The notes: a model not told the origin generated them from the sequence alone. A DNA stretch of 64,000 nucleotides from Candidatus Bathyarchaeota archaeon (GCA_963780185.1 CAWABA010000007.1:1-64000); one strand, 5' to 3'. Shown: positions 17,188 through 28,137, numbered from the stretch's first letter. A program made the numbers and translations.

Positions 17188-19810
17188 ATGTCTGAGATTA
17201 CAAACCCCAACCAGATTTTTAAAACATTGAGTTTGAAACCTGACGGTCAAATCAAGAAGCTATGGGACAATCAAGTGGAGGTTCTAGAATTTTATTTTGC
17301 CAAACTAACAAATGCAAATAGAGTGGCTATTGAACTACCAACAGGCTCGGGCAAAAGCATAGTCAGCCTTTTAATACTCGAAATGTGGCGCAGAGTGGGA
17401 AAACGTGTCGCAATTTTGACCTCTTCTATCGCATTAAGCGATGACATGAAACGCCGTTGCGATGATCTTGGAATCCCTAATGTTGTTATTTCTGGAGCCC
17501 AACGAGCCGAAAAAATTGGAGAAGCCGAGACTAGAGAGAGGCTCAAGAATTTAAAGGAATACAAAAGAGGCTACGCCTTGGGAATCATGAATTATTGGGC
17601 ATATATGTTATGCAAAGACGTAGCATTACCCGACGTCTTGGTAATTGATGATGCAGACAGTTTCGAGAATTTATTAATTGACCAATTTAGCGTTACTATA
17701 AGCAAAAAAATTGATTCCGAAATTTACAACTATATTATAAAAGAGTTGTTAAAACATCGAATTTACCAAGGAATAGAAACACTTGAAGCTATACCTAATT
17801 CAGAAGACGTCCAGCTAATCTATTTTCCTCATTCGATTGAGATGGTTTCAAAACTCAAGAAGTATATCCTGACTTCAGGGCAATCAAAGATATCTAGAGA
17901 CCTGTATTGGAGTTTGGATAAAAACAAAAACTCAATGCACACTTATTTAATGTTCGTTTCGGGGCGAGAGATAACATTTATTCCATACATAATCACAGGG
18001 TCAATGCACGAGCGACTACGAGACATATCGCACATCGTCTACACAAGCGCGACCCTCGGGACCTCCGAAAGAATTCATCGAACTATGGGGTCCTTTGATA
18101 TCATTTCAGTCCTAAATGAAAAAGACCTGAAGAGTCAAATGGGGACAATGGGCACGCGCATTATCTTCCCTTTAAATGATGTTTGCACCACTGGAAAAAT
18201 AGATGAAAAGGTTCTAGTGGCTATTGATAATCTAATGAGCTCTTTCACTAAGGTTCTTGTAATGTGTAACTCGTTTTACGATGCTGAGAAAGTTATTAAT
18301 TTTATCCGGGAAAATGGTAAAAAAGCCACTCTATATCAAGGTGAAACAGATAGCACTCACTTTGCGGCTGAGGAGGAGGGTGCATTAGTTGCGGCTGGAA
18401 GATTCATTGGACTTGATTTATCTAGCAAAGTGTGTGGCGTGGCAGTTGTAACAAGAATGCCCTACATTTTAGGACCGGTTGATATTTTGGTTAAAAACAT
18501 CTTAGAAGATGCCGAATATTCTGACGAAAAAGTTAGTCATAGGTTAGTTCAGGCCTTTGGCAGGTGCAACCGAAATCCAGATGACCACGCAATATATTTT
18601 ATGTTTGATAACAGACTAGGCAGCAGATATCGTGGGTAATGAACGGATATACCAACATTTTCCTAGAAGAATGAAAGCTGAATTAGATGAAGGGCAGGAA
18701 TTTGCCGATTTGGGCGGATTTAATAAAACAATTGAAGTTGGACACAATTTTTTAATCAACAAAACCCCTGAAATTAATGAAGAAATTATAGAAAGAGCGA
18801 AGAAAGTTACTGATAAAAAACCGCCAAGCTTTCAAAAACCATATCTAAACGAAGTGCGAGGTTGGTATGATTTAACTGAAAGACTTAGTTACTTGGATGC
18901 TGCCGAAGATTTTAAAAAATGCGTAGAGCACTACGGTCAAATGGGCGAAACAAATCAGGCAATAAATAGACAAAAAGCATGGCTTAATTATATTATCGCT
19001 AACTCATTCTACTTAGCACACCTGTATTTCAATAATGACATGTACAAACAAGATGCAATAAAACATCTCGAATTATCGAAACAATTAGGGTATACAAGTT
19101 GGTTTAATGGTCTTCAAGTTGCGATTAATGAATTAAGAGAAACAAGAGAGGAAGAAGCAACTATTTTCAATGTTGAAATGCAAGGATTTAAAGAAAGTCT
19201 TCTGCGAAAGTGGAATGAATACTATACCTCAAACTCTTTTGGAAAAAGAAATCCATTTCAGACTTGGGAAGTTTTACGCGAAACTCTGAACACAGGTAGC
19301 CATGATGCCATATGTGATACATTGAAGCAAGTTTTAGAACTCATGGGGCTTGAGGTAATCGTAATAAAACATGTTCAAGGAAAACCCGATCTTATCGCTT
19401 TTTCAAATACTGGACTAAGGTACGTTGCAATCATTGAAGTAAAAACGAAAGAAACATCAGATATTATTAAGACAGAACACATTGACCAAATAGGAGGGCA
19501 TAAACCTTTTTATCAAACTGAGTATCCCGACCGACCAATATATCCAATTATTTTCACAACCAAAACTCAGGCAGCGGAAGATGCTATCCTAAAAGCTAGA
19601 AACAATGTTAGAATCTTACGAAGCAGCGAATTCACAGTATTAATGAACAAATATTTTGAATTAATGGAAAAAGGTTGGAAGATTGAGGATCCTCTTGAAA
19701 GGTTGGTATTTGAAGAAAGGATCCCTTCACTGGAGAAGCTTGCAATCATTTTCAAAACAAATAAAGAGCCGATAGTTTCGTTGGAGGATATTCATTCAGT
19801 ATTACAGTAA
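17188..19810 (+). CDS. DinG/XPD-like SF2 helicase with C-terminal PD-(D/E)XK nuclease (Hna-like architecture), one frameshift near 18620
   Basis: LPTGSGKS, VIDDAD, SATLG, QAFGRCNR; C-terminal KPDL...IEVK; removing one base at ~18620 gives one 873-aa ORF (RLAADIVGNER). Confidence 0.8.
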
Positions 19811-19848
19811 GCTGATGGTCGTAGATCCAAATCCCGCCGAAGGCTCCA
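19807..19848 (+). repeat. att-like copy 3 of the tRNA-Thr 3' end
   Basis: 37/42 identity to 4469-4510, with a perfect 23-bp tccaaatcccgccgaaggctcca. Confidence 0.93.
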
Positions 19849-19948
19849 AATCCCAGATACAACAGCCTTCTTTTGTTTCGTCATTTTCCGACCAGACAGA
19901 TTTTAAAATCAGATCGTATTTAGTTAGAATAGATGTCGCCGTTGCGGG

Positions 19949-20323
19949 ATGTTAATGATGAGGAAACATTTTCAAACCGTCGATGAGTACATTGCCGATT
20001 TTCCCGAAAACGTCCAAAACGTTTTGCAGCAGGTAAGGCAAACCGTCAGGGAAGCTGCTCCCGACGCAAAAGAAGCCATTAGCTATCAAATTCCCGCTTT
20101 CCAATTGAACGGCAACTTGGTTTGGTTTGCCGCATTCAAAGACCACATTGGGTTTTACCCGAGGGCGTCGGGAATTGAAGCGTTCAAGGCGAAGTTGTCT
20201 GCTTACGACATAAGCAAAGGCACCGTTAGGTTCCCCTTAGACAAGCCGATTCCTATAGATTTGATTCGGGAAATCGTAAGGTTCAGAGTGAAAGAGAATT
20301 GCAAGCGCTCTCAAGAAGAATAG
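19949..20323 (+). CDS. DUF1801/YdhG-like protein
   Basis: VDEYI...EAISYQIP...FAAFKDHIGFYP...KGTVRFP. Confidence 0.85.
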   Translation: MLMMRKHFQTVDEYIADFPENVQNVLQQVRQTVREAAPDAKEAISYQIPAFQLNGNLVWFAAFKDHIGFYPRASGIEAFKAKLSAYDISKGTVRFPLDKPIPIDLIREIVRFRVKENCKRSQEE

Positions 20324-20910
20324 CCTCAAAACTGGGTTTGAACCTTGACTTTTCTCGCGACAAGTGTTTTCTCGGTTTTTTCTTGGTTATCTTGAAAAAA
20401 AACGGTGAACTGACAGCGCGCGGGATGTCATCTTAAATATTTAAACAGCCTTAGTTATTGGTGGGGAGGCCTATTGTTGGAAATACAACATTTGTGTTTC
20501 AAAGAGTTCCCCGATCAGTGCATCGGATGCCCCGAATACACTGAGGTACGTCAAAACCAAAGCGCTGAGTTTGCTTTGCTTGCAGGTATGGGCACATTTT
20601 TTCCACCACAATTCACAGGAAAAATAGTTAAAGAATGCAAACGGTACCACAAGCGCAAAGTCGAATACATAAGATAAAAAGCCCAATGGCAAGCCACCCA
20701 GTTAACGAAAGCCGTGCAGGCGCGAAGGGCGGACTGATGCCGGGAAAAACGGATTGCTATTTTACTCGCCAAATAACTTTAATGCCGCCAAAAACAAAGT
20801 CATTCGCGCAATAAGCATCTATTTGATCTTGGTTGTCTGCCTTCACTCCGCAAAAATCAAAGTTGAACGAAAAAAAGAGGATGATGGTTGTTGGTTGCTA
20901 AATTTTCTCC

Positions 20911-21744
20911 TTATGGTCCCGCATTTGCCCACGTGACCGTGAAGCTTGTTCCGTCCACGGATAGCGCGGAGGGTGCGGCCTTGGTTGCGCTTTTACTTGT
21001 AACCATCGTTATCTGCTGTACCGCTGAGCCGAAACTGCTGATTTGCCCGTTCACGCCGCTAACCGTCGCGTAGCAGGTTGCTGAGACTGCCGTGTAGTCT
21101 TTGCCGAAGTTTGCTACTCCAAAGTTTGACAGGGGAAGAACTCCGCGGTTTGATGAGGGTGCTTCTGCAATCCATTCTGCTGACGACCTTGCCGCGTTCG
21201 AAACGGTTGCCGTGGTGGTGTAGGATCGTCCTGTGGTTTTGTCGATGATGGTGACGCTAAAAGTGCTGGATGTTCTGCCGAAGAATGATCGGCTTTGACC
21301 TGTGTATGTTACGGTTGCGAACATTTTGTCACCTGGCTTTACCGACATGGAAATCTGGTACATTGGGTTGGGATAGAATTCGTACCAAGCGTAGTATGTT
21401 GCGGTGTTGCCTCGTATCTGCGAGATCGTTCCCGTTTGCTCAACGGTGTTGGAGCTGAAGCCGTCGATTCCTACCCAGAAAGCCGAGTAATAAGTGGTTG
21501 TTGGGCTGGTACCAGCTGTGACTGCGGGTACTGTCCATGAACCGTTGACGGAAGTTACTGAGCCAGTTGCGCCAGTGACTGCGTATCCGCTCCAGTTTGT
21601 GCTTGTGTAGCTGCCGTTGGAGAAATGTCTGAAGCCTATTCCAGGATCCATGGTTAGGGTGGATATGGCGAATGCTGGGCTGAGGGCGGCGAGTAGTATA
21701 AGTGAACCAACAAAGAATGCGGAAAACTTGTTTGCTATCTGCAT
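20911..21744 (-). CDS. Secreted glutamic peptidase, family G1
   Basis: Signal peptide; STNWSGY, WVGIDG, EQTG, AWYEFYP, SAEWIAE. Confidence 0.9.
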   Translation of the reverse strand: MQIANKFSAFFVGSLILLAALSPAFAISTLTMDPGIGFRHFSNGSYTSTNWSGYAVTGATGSVTSVNGSWTVPAVTAGTSPTTTYYSAFWVGIDGFSSNTVEQTGTISQIRGNTATYYAWYEFYPNPMYQISMSVKPGDKMFATVTYTGQSRSFFGRTSSTFSVTIIDKTTGRSYTTTATVSNAARSSAEWIAEAPSSNRGVLPLSNFGVANFGKDYTAVSATCYATVSGVNGQISSFGSAVQQITMVTSKSATKAAPSALSVDGTSFTVTWANAGP

Positions 21745-21925
21745 TAAAAACGCCTTTTTAAAACTGGTTTTTGATTTGCTATCATAGTTATGGATGAACT
21801 AGAATTAAAATATTGTCTAAAAAAGCTCCAATAGCTTAATTGAGGCTCTAGCGAGCTTGCGGTGCAATTTTAACTGATTTCACCAATTTTTTCAGCACGC
21901 AGGCGCCGTTTCATCCCCGTTTGAG

Positions 21926-23251
21926 TTGAAAAACTACGCGGTCAATTTTGAAAAACCTTCTTATTCCATAACTACAAGTATTTTCCAGAAGACGGGGGGA
22001 AACGCGGTCAACTTAACTGCAAAAAAAGAAATCTCAATTTTAGCCGCCGTACTCGTCGCCTCCTTCCTAATCAGGCTAGCCTTGTTTCCGCTGAAAGGCT
22101 ACCCCATCGACACAAACGACTTCCTTGCGTGGTTCAACAAGGCGGCAACAGGGGGCATAAGACCGTTCTACAGTTCAGGCGGTTGGACTGATTACCCGCC
22201 GCTTAACGTGTACATCTTCTGGTTCTTCGGCTCTATAGCAAACGCAGCGACAAAAGTCGGCGTCAACGCAGTCAACATCGTAAAGCTGGCGCCAAACATC
22301 TTCGACTTAGGCACCGCGGTTTTAATCTTCGTCTTTGTCCGTAAACAGTCAAGTTTCAAGCTAGCACTCACGGCTACGGCACTTTACACTTTCAACCCAG
22401 CCGTAATCTACGACGCCGCAGTCTGGGGACAATACGACGCCATCTACACCTTCTTCCTCGTACTCTCCCTCATGCTTGCACTAAGAAGCAAACCGAAGCT
22501 TTCCGCGGCAGCGTTCGCGCTTGGGATTTTGACTAAGCCGCAGGGCATAGCTCTTGCTCCACTGATTGCCTTTCTGATTTACAAGAAAAACGGTTTAAAA
22601 CAGATGCTTATCTCCGTAGTTGCCTTCACCGTGACGGTTTTTGTAGTTATCTTTCCCTTCAACTGGGGAGGCAGCCCAGTTTCATTCTTAACCAACATCT
22701 ACTTTGTGGCGTACAAGGGGTACGCGTACACTTCAATCAACGCCTTCAACCTCTGGGGCTTAATATCAGGCATGTGGGTGCCCGACGGAAACCTCTACAT
22801 CGTGGGATGGGCGCTTTTCGGAGCCTTCACCGTTTTCACTCTCTACCTGCTCAACAAACGTTTCAAAACTTCAACCGAGTTCATGGTTGTGTACGCGGCA
22901 TTCATGCTTCTTTTCGCGTTTTTCATGCTTCCGACAAGAATCCATGAACGCTACCTGTTCCCAGCGATGGCCGCGATGGCTTTGATGGCTCCATTCATCA
23001 AAAAAGCGTGGGCGCTCTACGCGGTTTTAACCGCGACTTTTCTAGTCAACGAAGCTTACGTCCTGTACCAGCTTAACATCGCTTATCCTAACGCTATGAA
23101 CTTGACGGGTGACCCGGTGGTTTTGGCGGTGAGCGCGATTAATTTATTAATGCTTGTTTACGCTTCAATAATTATGTGGGATAAGCACACTTGGCTTAGA
23201 AGTGAGCCTCCGCCGCCCAGCCCGCCAGTTGAGGGAGGTGAGCCGACGTGA
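21926..23251 (+). CDS. GT-C fold membrane glycosyltransferase
   Basis: DYPP, WGQYD, TKPQ, IHERYL motifs; multi-TM; true start may lie downstream. Confidence 0.8.
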   Translation: MKNYAVNFEKPSYSITTSIFQKTGGNAVNLTAKKEISILAAVLVASFLIRLALFPLKGYPIDTNDFLAWFNKAATGGIRPFYSSGGWTDYPPLNVYIFWFFGSIANAATKVGVNAVNIVKLAPNIFDLGTAVLIFVFVRKQSSFKLALTATALYTFNPAVIYDAAVWGQYDAIYTFFLVLSLMLALRSKPKLSAAAFALGILTKPQGIALAPLIAFLIYKKNGLKQMLISVVAFTVTVFVVIFPFNWGGSPVSFLTNIYFVAYKGYAYTSINAFNLWGLISGMWVPDGNLYIVGWALFGAFTVFTLYLLNKRFKTSTEFMVVYAAFMLLFAFFMLPTRIHERYLFPAMAAMALMAPFIKKAWALYAVLTATFLVNEAYVLYQLNIAYPNAMNLTGDPVVLAVSAINLLMLVYASIIMWDKHTWLRSEPPPPSPPVEGGEPT

Positions 23252-25026
23252 AAGTTGACTTCGGATTAAACATCAACAAAAAAGACGTCGTAACAGTAGT
23301 TTTGCTCTGCATTGTTTTCTTCTCGATAGCCGTGGTGAACCTTGGCTACACAACTTATCCCACAACCGTGACTCATTGGACTGCTGGCCAAAGCTTCTAC
23401 GTTGACTTAGGCAGACAAACTAACGTTAAATCGGTTTTGTTCCTGCTGCATGTAGGCTCGCTTAACGTCACGGTATCGACGGGTTCGCCGACGGGCAACT
23501 GGACGGCAGCTAACAGCAACGCGGATTTCTATTATTCTTCGAGCTGGTCGGAGGATTACGGCAAATGGGATGAAGTCAACGTTTTGCAAACCACGCAGTA
23601 CATAAAAATCGACATTGGCTACGTCCCTTCAAATTATGGCACAGCCCTCTCACAAATCGCCGTCATTGACCAAAATAACACGGTAGACACAATTCAATCC
23701 ATCACCAGCGTCGGCGAAGGAAACCCAGACGTAAACGGCTTGGTCAACGCGCAAAGCAGCGTCCGTTACCCTGTTGACTACATGGAAAACACGTATTTTG
23801 ACGAAATCTACTTTGTCCGAACCGCCGAGCAGTACCTGCATTTGCAGTCGCCTTACGAGTGGACGCATCCGCCCCTTGGCAAACTGATCCAAGCTGGAAG
23901 CATTCTGGTTTTCGGTTTCAACCCGTTCGGATGGCGAATAATGGGCGTTATCTTCGCTACACTCATGATTGTCGTCATGTATCTTTTGGGCAAGAGGCTT
24001 TTTGGCTCATGGATCGGCGGTTTCACGTCGGCGTTTTTGTTAACGTTTGACTTCATGCATTTCACGATGGGGCGGCTAGGTACCGCTGACACCTATGTTG
24101 TGTTCTTTTCGTTGGCTTCACAGCTGTTCTTTTTGATTTACCTCAAAAACGTGCTTGATAAAGGCTGGAAAACCAGCGTCATCCCCCTGTTCTTAGCCAT
24201 CATGTTTGCGGCGCTGGGCATCTCGACGAAGTGGCTTGTTCTCTTCGGCTTCGTCGGCGTATTAGCTATACTTGTGGTGATGCGTTTAAACGAGGTTAGG
24301 CAGTTAAAGGGAAAACTCGTTGAAAAAATCTACGCCGTTCTCGACCGCCCATACTCCATGATTGTTGCTTTCCTGCTGCTTGCCATCGCAATCTACTTCG
24401 TCATTTACATTCCAGATATTCTTACAGGCAGAACATTTTTGGGAGTGCTCAACCTACAAGACCAAATGTACATTTACCATTCAACTTTGACGGCAAAAAA
24501 CGGTTGGGAGTCTCCTTGGTACAGTTGGCCTTTCATGTTTAATCCTTTCAACGCCGGTACTCATGTTCCATACTGGTTCCAATCTGCGCATCTTCTTAAC
24601 GGAACATCATCAACAATTGTTGTGTTGGGCAATCCGGCGGTTTGGTGGCTGGGCTTTGCTGCAATAGTCGGATTGACAGTTTTCACTGTGCCAAAAATTC
24701 TTAAAAAACGATTTAGCTTCAGCCTAAAAGACAATTTACCAGCGGTCTTTATCCTTGTAATCTTCTTTTTCCAGTGGTTGGTTTACATTTTTATTTCCCG
24801 AGGCACCTACGACTACCATTTCTACTCTGATGTGCCATTCCTCTGTTTAGGCTCAGCCTTTGTAATAAGTAGGTACTGGAGCATAAAATGGATGAAAGTG
24901 TTAGCGATAATTTACTTTGCGTTGGTAGTTGCATTATTCATCCTGTTCTACCCCGTTATTTCAGGTGTTCCCACATCGGACTCGTTCATTAACAGTCTGC
25001 ATTGGTTTAAAAGCTGGGTGTTCTAA
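23248..25026 (+). CDS. Dolichyl-phosphate-mannose:protein mannosyltransferase (PMT/GT39-like)
   Basis: YFDEIYF, HPPLGK, FGWR, TKW, SPWYSWP, LGNP. Confidence 0.88.
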   Translation: MKVDFGLNINKKDVVTVVLLCIVFFSIAVVNLGYTTYPTTVTHWTAGQSFYVDLGRQTNVKSVLFLLHVGSLNVTVSTGSPTGNWTAANSNADFYYSSSWSEDYGKWDEVNVLQTTQYIKIDIGYVPSNYGTALSQIAVIDQNNTVDTIQSITSVGEGNPDVNGLVNAQSSVRYPVDYMENTYFDEIYFVRTAEQYLHLQSPYEWTHPPLGKLIQAGSILVFGFNPFGWRIMGVIFATLMIVVMYLLGKRLFGSWIGGFTSAFLLTFDFMHFTMGRLGTADTYVVFFSLASQLFFLIYLKNVLDKGWKTSVIPLFLAIMFAALGISTKWLVLFGFVGVLAILVVMRLNEVRQLKGKLVEKIYAVLDRPYSMIVAFLLLAIAIYFVIYIPDILTGRTFLGVLNLQDQMYIYHSTLTAKNGWESPWYSWPFMFNPFNAGTHVPYWFQSAHLLNGTSSTIVVLGNPAVWWLGFAAIVGLTVFTVPKILKKRFSFSLKDNLPAVFILVIFFFQWLVYIFISRGTYDYHFYSDVPFLCLGSAFVISRYWSIKWMKVLAIIYFALVVALFILFYPVISGVPTSDSFINSLHWFKSWVF

Positions 25027-25028
25027 AA

Positions 25029-25769
25029 ATGCAGAAGCCGACAACTCAACAAGGTAAATTGGTAGTTTCTGTTGTTTTGCCAGCCTACAACGAAGCTGAT
25101 AATTTAGATGATGCCGTGACAAAAATAAGCCAAACGCTAAACGATATTGGCTACCCATATGAAATTGTCATCGCGGAAGACGGCAGCACCGACGGAACAG
25201 CCGAGCTCTCCGAGCAGCTGACGCAGAAATACCCGTTTGTAAGGCATATCCACCGAGAAAAAAGGTTAGGCAGAGGAACCGCGCTAAACAACGCTTTCCA
25301 GAGTTGCAGGGGCGAAGTTTTTGTTTACATGGATTTGGACCTTGCAACCGACCTTAAATCGCTCAAACCCCTCGTTGACGCCATCGTCGTGGATGGCTAC
25401 GATGTTTCGACGGGTTCAAGGATGCTTCCTGAAAGCAAGGTTGAACGGTCAATCGGCAGGGCCATAAGCTCCAGAAGCTACAATTTCTTGGTTCGCCAAA
25501 TGCTGAACTCCAAAGTGAGAGACCACCAATGCGGCTTTAAAGCATTCAAAAAAGAAGCATGCCTTGCCTTGCTTGGTGAAGTTAAGGCGACTCATTGGTT
25601 TTGGGACACGGAAATCCTTGTGAGAGCTCAGCGTCACGGCTTCAGGGTGAAAGAGATTCCTGTTATGTGGACAAGCGGCAAGGGCACGAAAGTTAACATC
25701 GCCAAGGATTCATGGAGCATGTTTTGGCAAGTAACTCGGCTCTGGTGGACAATAAAAACCAAAGGCTAA
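25029..25769 (+). CDS. GT2 dolichyl-phosphate glycosyltransferase
   Basis: PAYNE, EDGSTD, DLD, DHQCGFK, WDTE. Confidence 0.88.
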   Translation: MQKPTTQQGKLVVSVVLPAYNEADNLDDAVTKISQTLNDIGYPYEIVIAEDGSTDGTAELSEQLTQKYPFVRHIHREKRLGRGTALNNAFQSCRGEVFVYMDLDLATDLKSLKPLVDAIVVDGYDVSTGSRMLPESKVERSIGRAISSRSYNFLVRQMLNSKVRDHQCGFKAFKKEACLALLGEVKATHWFWDTEILVRAQRHGFRVKEIPVMWTSGKGTKVNIAKDSWSMFWQVTRLWWTIKTKG

Positions 25770-26278
25770 ACCTGTCGAGTCGCCTTAAGAACAAAGGCTC
25801 TGGCAACCAACGATAAACCGCCCATCAAAATTACGCCAGCCCAAAACACAAACCATTCGCTGGGTATTGTGATGTTGATTAGGTAGGTGACTATTAGGTA
25901 GCTTGTTCCAAGCCAGAAAACGAGGTTTTCGATGGTTTCTGCTTTTCTTGGAAGAGGCGAGTTAAGCCAGACTCTGAGCGATAAAACCACGATTTCAATT
26001 GTGCCTAAGCCTAGGCAGAACTGGAATGCGGCGTTGTAGAGCGGTATGTAGGCTGCTGGGTTTTCTGGAGTTGGCAGTTGGATGCCTGTGCCGGGGACGG
26101 TGGCTAAAACGAAGTTGTTGAGGAAATGGTTAAAGTTGTTCCAGAGGCTTTTGTCTACGTTGATGAAGTAGATTACGGCAAGGAGAACTAAAATTAAGCC
26201 TATGTATAGGGCTGAAATCAAGTTTTCTTTTTTCTTGTCAGGCATCGCTTGCATGTTTAGCTTGGTTTTGAAGCCCAT
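25766..26278 (-). CDS. Membrane protein
   Basis: Four hydrophobic segments. Confidence 0.7.
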   Translation of the reverse strand: MGFKTKLNMQAMPDKKKENLISALYIGLILVLLAVIYFINVDKSLWNNFNHFLNNFVLATVPGTGIQLPTPENPAAYIPLYNAAFQFCLGLGTIEIVVLSLRVWLNSPLPRKAETIENLVFWLGTSYLIVTYLINITIPSEWFVFWAGVILMGGLSLVARAFVLKATRQV

Positions 26279-26391
26279 TTGTTCCCTATTCGACTATGTT
26301 TTCAAGTCACATATATGTTTCTCTCAGAGGGGAGAATGAATGTTTTTAAATAGTCATATGGGGTAAAATACGAAGCCATTGGAGAATTTGC

Positions 26392-26807
26392 ATGCCTTAT
26401 TGCTTGAAATGCGGCACCAAAATTGAGGACGAAATGGCTTTCTGCCCCGAATGCGGCGCAAAACTAAAAGAGGCAGAACCAACGCAAGCCCCATCGCAGC
26501 CTGAGCTTATCCCGAAACAGGACAAAGCCGAGGCACAGCAAAAACAGCAGAAGCCAACGGATCCACATGCTGGGCATGAGGCATCAGAAGCTTGAATATG
26601 GCTTTATCAAGTATCTAGTCGGTCGGGTTGGTACTGGTTACAGTAGGTGTTTCCGCGGAACTTGATTTAACTGACCCCGCGATAGTGATAGGCACATTAT
26701 TAGCTGTCATGCTGCTGACAATAGGCTTAATCGTTATCCTCGGCTCCGTCTACTACGCGCTCTCAGGAAGAAAACACGGCTCCGTCACCAACGGAACAGC
26801 CGACTGA
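26392..26807 (+). CDS. Zinc-ribbon membrane protein (frameshifted)
   Basis: MPYCLKCG...FCPECG; hydrophobic coding continues in other frames; end approximate. Confidence 0.55.
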
Positions 26808-26853
26808 AAAAAAGCCGAGCGTAACGTTAATTCAAGAAGACTAAAAATTAGAC

Positions 26854-27506
26854 TTAAGGCTTGCCGTCATTTTTTGCGGGTAGCCTTTGCTTGTACCATT
26901 CGGCAAACTGTTGAATTGCTTTTGCCCTGTGCGAAAACCCGTTTTTCTGCTCAATAGTCATTTCCGCAAACGACTTGCTGGATCCAGCAGGCTGAAAAAT
27001 CGGGTCAAAACCAAACGCCGCCTTCCCCGCTGTTTTGCGTTCAATCTGGGTTATTTCGCCCTTCTGATTCGCCGTTGAAGCATTCCGGTTCACTGCATAG
27101 TCCTTGGTCCATGTAGGCTATGACGGATTGGAACGTGGCTTGCCTGTCCTTGACGTTTTCCATCAAACGCAGTATGCCGCTGTTATGGATTGTTTTGTAG
27201 GCGTAGGCTGCGTAGGGTCCGGGAAAACCGCCGAGGGCGTCGATGAATAAGCCTGCGTCTTCTACAAAAATGGGTAGGTTGGTGTGTTTAAACGCGTTTG
27301 CGGCGCTTGTTTTGGCTATGTCTTTGAGGTTGGTCGCTTTGTATTTCGTCGCCTTTTACGCGGAGCAACGCGACTGCAAAGCCGTAGGGGCTGAGGATGC
27401 TTCGGGCTTCGTTGAATTTGTTGATGTTTCCCGTCGCGAAAAAGACGACTTTGCCTTTGATGTTGCAGGCTTCTTTATTGTTTTCTTTCTTCGACATAGC
27501 GGCCAC
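26854..27506 (-). CDS. rdgB: Non-canonical purine NTP pyrophosphatase (RdgB/HAM1), frameshifted
   Basis: FATGNINK, GFPGPY, FGFDPIF and SHR motifs across fragments. Confidence 0.88.
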
Positions 27507-28137
27507 GCCTTTCTATTTCCCTTATTTTCTCATAAACCTTTTCCGCAGCCTCAACACCTAAAACTGAAGAGTAGCCGCACTGGACGTTTTTGAAGCATTC
27601 TTCCCAGAACAGGTAATGCGTACTCTGAAGAGCCCGCTTCATCAAATGCAAATCCACGCCTTGAGCTTCGACTTCACTGTTTTTTTCGCCTAAGCCGAAG
27701 TCAACAAAGAAAATTTTGCCATTCAGGGCTCAGAATCATGTTTGAGGTTGTCAAGTCTCCGTGGATTAAGCCTTGCAGGTGGAGTTTTCCGATTAATTTC
27801 CCGATTGCGACGCAAAGGTCCCGCCGCCTATCTTCAGATGCTTTGTTTAAGAATTTGCTTGATTTGCTGTCCTTCGATGTACTGCATGGTGATTGAGGCT
27901 TCTGGCACGTTCACCATGTAAATCAGCGGCGTCGGCACTCCTGCGGCTTTGGCTTCATGCATCAAGCTGCGGCTCATGAACGGTGCGGTAGGTTCGTATC
28001 TGCTTATCCAACGTTTCGGGGCGGTATTTTTTTGGGATTCGTACTTTAACGACTACGTTGAGTCCATGCCACCTGGCGATGTAGAGGCTGGCTTCCGCGC
28101 CCTTTTTGAGCAGAGACTTTTCAGCTATTGTTTCCAT
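27475..28137 (-). CDS. bud32: KEOPS kinase Bud32, frameshifted
   Basis: KGAEA, KVRIPKKYR, HGDLT, VDFGL, RRGRY; directly downstream of kae1. Confidence 0.88.

Larger units (their letters stand above)
5100..19848. mobile_element. tRNA-Thr-anchored defence islet (TIR + helicase-nuclease) containing a nested element
   Basis: Bounded by tRNA-Thr 3' copies at 5061-5099 and 19807-19848; visibly more AT-rich than the flanking core genes. Confidence 0.85.

Noticed and set aside
18600-18640. Two-gene helicase plus nuclease operon, or programmed frameshift
   Set aside because: Deleting one base fuses the frames, no slippery heptamer is present, and indels are common in this contig
20680-20760. Possible fluoride riboswitch or C/D box sRNA
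   Set aside because: Only partial motif resemblance, and no matching downstream gene
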